Below are positions 1 through 11,831 of a DNA stretch of 64,000 nt, one piece after another. A program made the position numbers and the translations under genes. Position 1 is the stretch's first letter. Each line of letters begins with the position of its first letter. The notes beneath the pieces are model-generated. The model was not told where the DNA came from. It did no database searches and saw only the letters and a program-made list of their open reading frames with translations. Source of the DNA: the human T2T-CHM13v2.0 reference genome, Homo sapiens; the NCBI RefSeq assembly GCF_009914755.1, contig NC_060927.1; one strand, written 5' to 3'.

Positions 1-1
1 A

Positions 2-430
<429 letters not shown>

Positions 431-2444
431 CTAAGTCTGAGATAAAGACGGTTAACCAAACTAGGTGAAAGATGAGACTTGAGAGCATTCTGGAAGCTAT
501 AACAGGGTCCAAATAAATATTTCAGTTCCTAAAATATCTTTTTCTATTATCTGCTGTGATCCAGTCCATACGACTACCCAACTGAGGGAATCTTTGTAAC
601 TAAGCAGATGAAAGATATGTGAGAGGCATTAACTCTCTCATATTTCTCACATAGCACCTCAGTAAGGCTAAAATCCTCATGCATGGTGAGAAAGGGAAGC
701 AGGACAGCAAGGAACACTATGACTATTAATCTTTAGCATTACCCGTTCCTAAAGAGTCTAAAACAAGTTTTAATTTCTTAATTGAATAGCAAGAAAAAAA
801 ATATTTTGATGCACATGCTGAATGCTTTCTGTTTCTCTTCCTGATCGGCTCCCCATCCAACAGCCGACCTGTATGAATGGCATCAATGGACTCTCGTCTT
901 CTGGTGCAGCCACAGGGAGCCACAGGCAGGAAATCAAAGGTCGGGACAAGAGTGAGGCCTAGTCTCCCTCCCAAAGGGCATAGTTCCTGTAAAACAGCCC
1001 TTTCCAGGCAGCTTTCACTCCAGATCCCATCATCGCTCCCTTACTGTGCCTTGCACATGACTAACTTTTTCTGCAGGAGCATCAAATACTCCTTTCCCTG
1101 TCCTTGATGGCTAATACTCTCACTGGAATATGTCATTTTGTATCTGTATTTCCTAGCATACAATGTGCCCTTTTTATCTGCACATTTATTTATGGAACAT
1201 TGCTTTTCTATTTTTAACTCTTTCACCTGTCTGGTTCCCTTTCACTTCTTCTGTAAAAATACTAATCATGCTTATGATGTAGCTCCTTTGTCAATGACAT
1301 CTCCGTCATTGTCTCTATGCACAGTTTAAATCACTGTTTCATTTCCTGTCATTTTGTGTGACTACCTAAAGCCTATCTGCCACCTCCCTGAGGATGCTTT
1401 CAGTTGTGCTTATTTGGTCTTTTGCAGCTTCTAGTGTGGCTCTCATCTTGGTGATCTATAATGTCCAGTGATATTAACATTCCCTACTTCCATGTCTTCC
1501 TAAGCTCCCCAGTTTGCTCCTTATCTCCTTCTCTGTCTCACACTTCCTTTGTGCTCCTGAACCTCTCATTGAACTCTTTTTTTCTAGAGTGAGTGTGTTT
1601 GCATCTCTTACAGACTATGTATGATTCTTCTTTTTCTCTTGTATTATTTGTCCTTTCTCTGCCTTTTGTATAAGTTTCTTCCCTCCAGTTTTTATGTACA
1701 GGTTCCTTCCTGATTGTTACTCATCTTTGAAAAAGAACAGGTACCTGCTGAAGAAGTGTGGAGAGGGACAGAGCCAGAGGTATGCATAGAATGAGATGGG
1801 GCCTCCATTTGTGCCTGTTACTTAAACACTCAAGAGACCCATGTGGCCACAGCTAAGGCAATTCAGCCATAAGGTCCTGTCTAGTTCTGCCTAATGTGCT
1901 TCCTGAGATCACTTTCTTAAGCTTAAAGGCAAGACCAGAGATGACAGAAATGGTCTATCAGCATGGTCTCTCCTGCAGCACTCAACTTCCCCTGGCTTCC
2001 CTAATGCCCTTGCAATTCTGAAGAGTTATCACCATAGGGACATCACTGCCTGGCTGCCCTGTATCTCAGTACTGTCACCAAAGACTTTTTAGATATGTCT
2101 TCCAGGACTGCAGCACTTGTTTGGGGGGTGGAGGGGAGATATATACTTTGTTTGAAATCTACAGAAGCATATACTGCCCATATTTCTAGAGAATTCACAA
2201 TATTTGGCCAGTATCCTTCGAAGGCTTTGGCTTGGAGTGTTGTAGGGTTTTTTAAAAATTTCCTTGAAGATGGAATTGTGTTTCTGTTGTTTTACACAGG
2301 TGAGTATATGAGAGTAAAATAAAAGTGACATTTTTTTTTCTATTACTTTAACCAGGAACATTTGAGAAAGTCTAAAAATCAAATCTTCACTTCATCTACC
2401 AAGGAGTTATTGTTTACCAAGGAAGCTACCAGAATAGTAGTGAA

Positions 2445-2570
2445 AATAATAGCTATTATTTGTTAGAGTCCATTACATAAAGTGCTTTACATACATTATC
2501 TCATTTAACTCTTATGAACTTTGTAAAGAAGACTTAAGCTCTATTTTTATCGACAAGGAAACCAACTTCA
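2445..2570 (-). mobile_element. MIR fragment
   Basis: aataatagcta...gtgctttacatacattatctcatttaa...aaggaaac resembles the antisense MIR core. Confidence 0.65.
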
Positions 2571-2784
2571 CAGCCCTCCTGTAAGGACAGAAGAGGGTAA
2601 CATGTGCACAGCTTTGCACGTAGTGCCACACACAGGACATGCTCTACAGCTCGTTTCTCCTTCACACCTCAAGAGGGTTCAGCAGCTTGAGATTAAGAAG
2701 CAAATGCACAGAGCTGCCCAAGTACAAAGCATTACTGGGAGAAACAAGGGTAGAAATTCTGAGAATGTGAAAAATGTCACTAAT

Positions 2785-3030
2785 ATAGTAACTAATATTT
2801 CTGTGATGCTTACTATGTGTGGGACACTGGTCCAAATGCTTTACCCATATCAACTTGTTTAGATTTTGTCACAACTGTAAGACAATGGTGAGTGGGTATA
2901 CTATTATTATCCTATCACATGGGAGAAAACTGAGGGACAGACACATTAAGTCACCAGTATAGGGCTAACGCCAGTGGCATATGCCAGAGCCAGGATTTTC
3001 GAAGTGTGGAAGTCTGGCTCCAGACTTTTG
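2785..3030 (-). mobile_element. MIR
   Basis: gcttactatgtg...ggtatactattattatcc...gaaaactgagg...cagagccaggattt matches antisense MIR. Confidence 0.8.
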
Positions 3031-4302
3031 GTATCACCACAATGTAATGTTGTCCACCTAATTCTTTAATACTAAACACAGGTACGAACAGCTTTGGCTA
3101 CTTAATAGCACCTTCCTATCTACTATTTCATTGTATCCTCACAATAATACCTTTTCATGAGTATAAAAAAATTTTCAAAAGCTGAATTTATTTATTGCAG
3201 ATTTGTTATACTCTTCCAACCTGGATAATCACACTTTTCTTTTAGCACACATTTTAGGATTTCTAATAGCTTTTAAAGAACACATTTTATAATACTATAG
3301 TTTTCTGATATAGTTAGAACAGAATAGTTTTATAATATTTCCTTAAAGAAGATGAGAAGATAAAATTTGACCCTGGAGGACCATCAGAAAAGATAAAAAG
3401 TTTGACCCTCGAGAATTATAAATGTATGACACAGCTATGTGGTTAACCACATATAGGACAATTATCCACTACAGAACTGGGACTAAGAAAACAGATTATT
3501 TGAGTATGTATGAGATTCCATGTAGCCAATGGAATTTCAAATCTCTACATTTTTTGTTTTATGGAAGAAAAATTCAAATAGTATACTCCCTCATCGAGCA
3601 GGACACAGAAATAACCAGATAAGGCAGGAGACTGGCCATCACCTCTAGGTAGACTCACCCTGAAGAAGCACAAAGTGACAGACAATTCAAGCTGGAAATC
3701 ACTTTTTACTCCTACACTGAAATATTCTCCCAATTCCTGCCTTCTCAAGTCAATGTATTTTATGGTTTTCCGTTAGAACCTAAATCTAATTATATACTCG
3801 AATTCATCAATAGAAATGTATAGAAACAGACATTTATATATAAGGAATTCATTTTGTAGCGTACTTGTAAGATAATGTTTTGGGAACTATAGCATCTTTT
3901 CGGAAGGGGATCTCAAAAGCCTCAAAAAATTTATTTACCTGCCGAGTACCTAGATGAGTCAAGTATTATTATGGCCACTTTACAATCAGGAAACCAAGTA
4001 AATGAAAAGTACTGGCTTTTCCACTGATTCATTAAGCACAGTAAATTGTTGGTTAGCATTAATATGAACATCAAGACCAGAGATGAAAGATATGCTTTGT
4101 AGCACTATAAGCCAAAAGAAAACCTTGCCTATTACATGATTCCACTAAGGATCTCATGATTCCATTCAGAGATAACACTGTCATGTATATATCGAGTTCA
4201 ATAGAGGATTTTCCAGTTACCCAGTTTTGTCTTGTTTTTACCCACAGCATTGAAAAATAAAACTGCAGTGTGTTGTTGTCCAAGAAAGAAGGCATATCCT
4301 TA

Positions 4303-4434
4303 CATAACTATTAAGTACTGGGCTTAATACCTGGGTGATGAAATAACATGTACAACAAACCCCCGTGACACATGTCTGCCTATGTAGCGAGCCTTCACAT
4401 GTACCTCCAAACCTAAAATAAAAGTTAACAAAAA
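4303..4434 (+). mobile_element. Short L1 3' UTR end (L1PA13-16-like)
   Basis: gggcttaatacctgggtgatgaaataac...acaaacccccgtgacac...aacctaaaataaaagttaa. Confidence 0.85.
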
Positions 4435-4907
4435 GATTCCTTGTTGTTGCCAAGCTTTAACTCAACTTTATCTTTAAGTATTAGCTTAGCAGAGAAGAGT
4501 TCCCAAAGCGCATCTTGAGAGAAAGAAGAGCCAACTTGGCATACACTTTATACTATTCTTAAAGTTTGGTAACATTACCTTAATGAGTAACTTCATGTCA
4601 AATTCAAGCAATGCCCATTTTGTGTAATTAAAGTTCAATTTTTTGGAGGGAGCATTCTTCCTTATATTCACACATTTCCATGATTCATTAAAACGAGAAA
4701 AATTTCTAAAAGTTGGAGCAAAACTCCTAAATTAAACTTACTCTTCAATATCATTAGAATTTGCTTCAGTCAAACCTTCATGTAGACATGTTTAAATACT
4801 CTTTGAAGCAAATAGGGGCGATTTGTTAATGCAAAGTTTTAGCAATATCAAGGTAGTAAGAAATAAGGCAAGTTTAAACACCTGATGAAAATAAGCCCAT
4901 TATCTGA

Positions 4908-5251
<344 letters not shown>

Positions 5252-5297
5252 TAGATTATTTTTGCCTTTTCTATTAACATTAAAATTTATACATAAA

Positions 5298-5590
5298 TGT
5301 GAAGTGAAAGAAGCCAGACACAAAGACCAGGTATTGTATGATTCCATCTATATAAAATATCCTGAATAGGCAAATCCATAGAGATTAGTGGTTGCCAGCA
5401 ACTGGGAAAGGAGTGAATGAAGAGTGCCTGCTAAGGGGGTACATGGGATTTTTTGCAGAGATGAAAATATTCTGGAATTACATAGTGAAAATAGTTGCAC
5501 AGCCTCGTGAATATACTAAAAAATATACTGAATTATGTACTTTCAAAATGATGGATTTTACGATATGTGAAGTATATCTCAATAAGAAAC
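5298..5590 (+). mobile_element. Ancient L1 3' UTR (L1MB-like)
   Basis: aagtgaaagaagccagacacaaa...gtatgattccat...ggcaaatccatagag...tatatctcaataa. Confidence 0.85.
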
Positions 5591-5899
5591 TATACGTTAA
5601 ACAAATGAAATTTCACTAAACACAGAAGTGTAAAATATTTTCTAATGAAATATGTTTTTTCTAGATTACCTTAAAAAACTTAAAACTATGAACCCTTAAA
5701 ATCACCACAACTCTAAGGAAGGGGGACACAGAAACTGCTATTAGAACACATTCAAAAAGATAGGGTTCAGAAAACTGAGACGAAATGTCCGGGACCATCA
5801 AGGAAATTAAGTCAAGGCAGTCAGGGAGTTGCACTGGGCCCTTATGTCATGAAAGACTAAAATGATTATTTTGGTGGTATTGACTATGGACATTGAGTG

Positions 5900-6146
5900 C
5901 ATTTAAGGATTAGTAGGACTTCATCTAGAACCAAACAGAACTGTACTAGAACCCAACTTTATTGGTCCATTGGAGCTACCCCCACCTAAACTGACCCAAC
6001 GCTGGCAATTTGTTAATGTAATGTCACAGCCCAGCCTACAGCTGAGTTCTCTGCCAACCTACAGACAAGAGTCAATATAACAGATAATTTTTGCTTCATT
6101 TCACTGAGTTATGGTGGTTTGTAATTCAACAACAGCTGACCAACTT
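5900..6146 (+). mobile_element. Degraded MLT1 (ERVL-MaLR) LTR fragment
   Basis: The 3' end cactgagttatggtggtttgtaattcaacaacagctgac resembles an MLT1 terminus. Confidence 0.55.
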
Positions 6147-6189
6147 GAAAAACAACTAGAATAACTGAATACATTCTCCTCAATAATGA

Positions 6190-6501
<312 letters not shown>

Positions 6502-6600
6502 CAAAATGAATGTTAATATCAAGGAATGCCCAGTGTTTTGGCAGATACTGTAACAGGGGATAGTTATGATACACAGTAGTAAAGAAATAAATATGTTTTG

Positions 6601-6990
<390 letters not shown>

Positions 6991-7194
6991 TTAGCTGCAA
7001 AAAAAAATATTTCTAGCATCTTAAATGTAAGATATTACAAAAGACCAAGTGTGGTATTACTATAATTTAAACTTTACTTGCATATAATACTGTAAGGTGT
7101 TTTATTCCTCCTATAGGTAAACCAAAACAACAAATATTGTTTAAGTAGTTTCAAAGAGGAAAACCAGAGTCAAATAGAGTAGAAATTACAGAGA

Positions 7195-7360
7195 AGAAAT
7201 TTCAGTTCAGTAGAAAGAAACACTTTGTAACAATTAGAATTTTTCAAAGGTGGAGTATGCTGCCTTGTAGGAAAAAGGATTTTCTAACCCCAGATAGATT
7301 CTCACAGTAATCTCTCAAGATGATAGAATACAAGAGATTCCAGTGTAATGGGAGCTGAGT
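7195..7360 (+). mobile_element. L3/CR1 LINE fragment
   Basis: atttcagttcagtagaaagaaacactttgtaacaattag...tggagtatgctgccttg resembles the L3 3' region. Confidence 0.55.
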
Positions 7361-7366
7361 CTAGTA

Positions 7367-7452
7367 CAATGGTTTTCTAACCTAGATTATGATTATAGCT
7401 TCACCTGGGAAGCTTCTAGGCACTCCCCTGAATCTGCTTCCCAAACCACTGG
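7367..7452. mobile_element. Internally deleted MER5-like hAT-Charlie MITE
   Basis: caatggttttctaacct ... aaaccactg termini and a tcacctgggaagctt core. Confidence 0.5.
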
Positions 7453-7599
7453 TCTAATCTATACAAGTTAGCCAACCAAGACAGACAGGTAGACAGTCAC
7501 AAGTTCCCAAATGATTTTAATGCTTTCAAATAGGTTTTGACAAAAATGCACCTGTGTACTCCGACCACATCAACAAGCTCTGCTGATTTTTCTTACTGC

Positions 7600-8029
7600 T
7601 CTTCCCAGCATTTAATCTACTGCAACCACACATTCTACAGGCTATTCCACTGATATGCCAGGTGTGCGCCCACTCTGAGCTTTTGCACTTGCTGTTCTCT
7701 TCCCCTGGGTATCTGCATGGCTTGCTGCTTCACTGTCTCAAGCTTTTATTTAACAATCACCTTCACCATGAGGCTACCCAGTGAAGGACTTCAACCTCTA
7801 CTCCCATCCAGATACGTCATATCCCCTTTCTTCATTTTATTTATTGTCAGTATTTATTAACTAACATCTAGCATCATCTAACAAACTTATCATCTTAATT
7901 TTGTTCGTTGTTTATTTTTTCCACAAAAATGTAAGCTCCATGAAGGCAGGGATTTTGGTCAGTTTTATTCATTGCTGTATTCTTTGCACATGGAACAATA
8001 CCTACAAATATCTGTTCAATGACTTAATG
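7600..8029 (+). mobile_element. L2a 3' end
   Basis: ttttgcacttgctgttc...aatgtaagctccatgaaggcaggga...aaatatctgttcaatgacttaatgaa. Confidence 0.8.
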
Positions 8030-8037
8030 AACTAGAT

Positions 8038-8228
8038 CTGGGGTGGCAAACTCTAGATCTGGGATAAAATTTTACTGGAACACAGTCACACATTCATTTA
8101 TATATTGTCTACAGCTGTTTTTGTGCTACAAGAGTGGATTTAAATAGTTGTACCAGAGACTGTATGGCCCATAAAGCTTAAAATATTTCTTGTCGAGACT
8201 TTTACAGAATAAAATTTGCCAATCCCTG
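8038..8228 (+). mobile_element. MER58A (hAT-Charlie MITE)
   Basis: TIRs ctggggtggcaaac / tttgccaatccctg. Perfect 8-bp TSD aactagat (8030-8037, 8229-8236). Confidence 0.9.
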
Positions 8229-8286
8229 AACTAGATGCACCAATCAGAATGTCATGTAGAGTTCCGATTCCAAACTTCTAGGTAAC

Positions 8287-8731
8287 TGTGGTAGATTAAA
8301 GATGGCCACAAATTACTGTCATTAAGAGCTAGAGTCTCTTTCTCCACCCCTTGAACCAATATGGCTTAGTGATTCTCTCAACCAATAAAATGTGATGAAA
8401 TTAACATGAGATTTCCAAGCCTAGGCAGCAAGAGGCCTTGCAGCTTCCACTCAGGCCGTCTTCAAATACTGCCACCATGTTTAAAAACCTGAGCTAGCCT
8501 CCTTGAGTATAAGAGATCATGTAGAGAGAGAGGTCCACCCTCCCCATACTGAGGCTCCCAGTATGTGAGCAAGCCCAGCTGACACTGTGGAGCCCAGATC
8601 ATGCTGCCAAAGCACACAACACACCACGGAGCCCAGACCATGCTGCCAAAGCACACAACAGTGAGCAAATACGTGTTATTTTAAGTCGCTTAGCTTTGGA
8701 TGGTTTATTATGTAGGAGAAGTTATTTGACA
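8287..8731 (+). mobile_element. MLT1 (G/H-like) solo LTR
   Basis: Starts tgtggtagattaaagatggccacaaa. Contains aagaggccttgcagcttcc. Ends ttttaagtcgcttagctttggatggttt...gaca. Confidence 0.8.
8582..8659. repeat. Two-copy 39-bp tandem duplication
   Basis: acactgtggagcccagatcatgctgccaaagcacacaac / acaccacggagcccagaccatgctgccaaagcacacaac. Confidence 0.95.
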
Positions 8732-8958
8732 TAGTAAAATTTATTTATTATTTTTAGACTAAATCCTTAGATTTTCCCTTTTTCCTTCATACATCTCCAT
8801 ACTACTGTGGGAGCAGCAGCCTCAATCTCAAATTATTTACTCACATGTAATGTCCCTGTTACTTCAGTTAAATCACAATTTAATAACTAAATTTTATAAA
8901 TATGTTGACGCGTGAAGATTTGAGAGTAGTTTGGGAAGCGTTTGAATTAGTTATTGGA

Positions 8959-9173
8959 CAGAGGTTGGCAAGCCATGGCCTGTGGGCTACCCACCTAATT
9001 CTGTAAATAAAATTTTATCAACACCAGTTATGGCCATTCTTTCACAGATTCTCTATGGCTCATCACCATGCTATGTTGGCAGAATTAAGTAGCAGCAACA
9101 AAAGCAATATGGCCCACAAGTCTTAAATATATATACTATCTGGTGTTCTGCAGGAAAAGTTCGTCAGCCCCTG
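8959..9173 (+). mobile_element. MER58A
   Basis: cagaggttggcaagcc ... aaagttcgtcagcccctg termini; internal tatggcccacaag. Confidence 0.8.
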
Positions 9174-9246
9174 CTGTACAAAATTATTTTGAATGTTATT
9201 CTTAAAAGTAAAGAAATAGAAGAGAGCTAGAAAGTACACTTTCTTT

Positions 9247-9535
9247 TTGTTTTTTGAGATGGAGTCTTGCTCTTTCGCCCAGGCCGGACTGCAGTGGCGC
9301 GATCTTGGCTCACTGCAAGCTCCGCCTCCTGGGTTCACGCCATTCTCCTGCCTCAGCCTCCTGAGTAGCTGGGATTACAGGCGCCCGCCACCACGCCCGG
9401 CTAATTTTTTGTATTTTTAGTAGAGACGGGGTTTCACCGTGTTAGCCAAGATGGTCTCGATCTCCTGACTCATGATCCAACCGCCTCGGCCTCCCAAAGT
9501 GCTGGGATTACAGGCGTGAGCCACCTTGCTCGGCC
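9247..9535 (-). mobile_element. AluY (AluYk-like)
   Basis: ctctttcgcccaggccggactgcagtgg diagnostic. Perfect 17-bp TSD gaaagtacactttcttt at 9230 and 9536. Confidence 0.93.
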
Positions 9536-10097
9536 GAAAGTACACTTTCTTTATTCTTAGAGCCCAAACAATCCTTATAGTGATTTTCTGGTCCTTGAGT
9601 AAATACCAACTCAAACAGTTTAATAAAAAACCTAATAAGAAATGAGTAGTTTGATTTCTGACACTCCATAAACCAATGGAGACAAATATAACTTCTTTAA
9701 ATGCTTCTTTGGCGGTGCCACAGTTTTTTACTGTTGCAGTGTGTCATGTAAATCCATTATTCTGACAGTGCTGCTGGTAAAACCGAAGCTGGAATTAATA
9801 TCCATTATTGAAAGGTCATTGCACAGGGATTAGCCAGCAGCCAGTCTTAAAATGTTAATAATGGATATTTTTCAAATATAAAGAAAAGGTCTTACTTTTT
9901 TTTATAATTCTCTAAATGTTTCATTTAAAAGAGAAAATGTTTAAGCAAAAAAAAAAAAAAAACTAAACTACATAATGCATTTACATGCTGATAACATCAG
10001 TAACTACACTTAACAGTATTTCTGTAGTTTGTGGCATGTCAACAGCCATGAACTGAGGCAACAGACACTGAACTGAGGTCCTTACTGATATTACCTA

Positions 10098-10772
10098 CCA
10101 TACTTCATTGACTCTAAGATGCCACTGATCATAAGGACCATAATTATTTTATATACTACTAAGAAAGAAAACATGCTAATTACAGTATGTTGCATATTTT
10201 ATCACTTAGAACTACACCTTACACTCAATGCAAGTGCTCTTTGAGAATCTGATATGGTTTTTATCATATATTGCCTATATATGAGAAAAGTTAATTGACA
10301 CAGTAAGGTTTATTATAATTTTTAGATTAAATCCTTGGAGACAGATATACATATGGCAATATATGAGAAAAACCATATCAAACTATATGTATGTGTATGT
10401 GTGTATATACATATACATACATATACACACACATAAGGGGAAAACGTAAGTTAATTGGTTAAGTCATTCTAAAAAGCTCTTCCCATTTGGAGCCTGAATC
10501 TTATTTTTCAACTAAGATTTATCAATGCTTGCCTTTTCCCACAACCTTTGTTTCATGAGGAGTACTGGTGCATAAGAGCACTGCCAAAGCACAGTCTCCT
10601 GAGGTCTCTGGGTTTTCTTCCAGGGTGTTCACACCCATTCTGCATGATTCAACATGTATGTTCTAGCAGCAATAATTATGTCGCAGCTATTACACGGAGA
10701 GCAGTGGCTGATGCACTGATTTCAGAAATTCCACAATATGAAGAAAAATAATGTGTACCTCAGAATTCAGCC
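10098..10772. mobile_element. Kanga-like TcMar-Tc2 DNA transposon relic
   Basis: TA followed by a ccatacttcattgactctaagatgcc TIR-like start; internal ttttcttccagggtgttcacacccattctgca; end gatttcagaa...aatgtgtacctcagaat. Confidence 0.55.
10384..10435. repeat. Alternating purine-pyrimidine microsatellite (TG/TA followed by CA/TA)
   Basis: tatatgtatgtgtatgtgtgtatatacatatacatacatatacacacacata. Confidence 0.9.
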
Positions 10773-11831
10773 TTATGACAACCTACCACTAACTCTTGGT
10801 GTGGGCTGAGGATGAAAGTCAGTTTGACAGTGGCTAACACAATGCAGTGATGAAGCACTTAAAGCAGAGAACAATCATTTCTACTCCTTTATGTACATTA
10901 TTATAGTATCCATATTAGAAATAGTACTGTATGTTTGAAATAGGGAATTTAATACTGTATGAAATGCAATAAATATATAAACCAATGATTGAGGCAGAAT
11001 TGATCAAAAGCAAAGATTTACAGTAGACTTCATTCAGACCACATATACTCAATGCCCACACAGTGGCAGGTGATCTGAGACTCCTCATGTGGTCGTGCTT
11101 CATGAATCTACACACACTATGGGTTTGCAAACGCACATAACATCTTTAACCAATTTTGGAAAAGTAAGCTCACACACTTAGCAGCCATACCTGGGTGCTC
11201 ATTTCTATAGAGTGGACTCAGACAGTTCAAGCCACATGGGCATCCCCTCTGCTCTAACATCCACCAGCTGGGGCCAGGATAGAGTTTCTGACCTCAATGT
11301 ACTCCTGCCTAGGAAGCCCCATACCCTTCCTTGCCCCACCAGATTCACAGTCTGAACATCCTCCTTAGCCTTAAGACCATCTGGACTCATCATATGTCTC
11401 TACTCATGCTGCAGCAAGAAGCTCAGGATTCTCAGATCATCCCCCTCTTCCCCTGCAGTCTAAACAGCAAGAGGATTTGCACATCTCTTTCAGATGCCAC
11501 ATCCCACCCACTCCAGCTCCTGAAGAACCCTTCTACTGTGACTTTTGGAGCTCACAGTCAGTTATCAGCAAAATCCCTCAGATTGTCAACCTCTTTTCTA
11601 TATATGTTCCTTTTACCTTCCCAGTCTATCTGAAACTGCCTCTCTTAGTGCTTTGTATCCTCTGCAGGATACAAAGTGATGAGTGATGAGTATTTCTCAA
11701 TGAGATATGATGAGTATTTCTTCTCACATTCTGCTTTCATTGCTGGGCCTTGGTGATGTTGCCTTGTTTCACATTTCTGTTACTAGACTAGGAACTGACA
11801 AACATTTTCTTAAAACGCAATACAGTAAATA

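Noticed and set aside
10384-10435. Self-complementary TG/CA microsatellite as a functional hairpin
   Set aside because: Such compound purine-pyrimidine microsatellites are common and self-complementary by composition.
11676-11725. Repeated tgatgag motifs resembling snoRNA C boxes
   Set aside because: Explained by a short local duplication (tgatgagtatttct twice). I could not identify a D box with a terminal stem.
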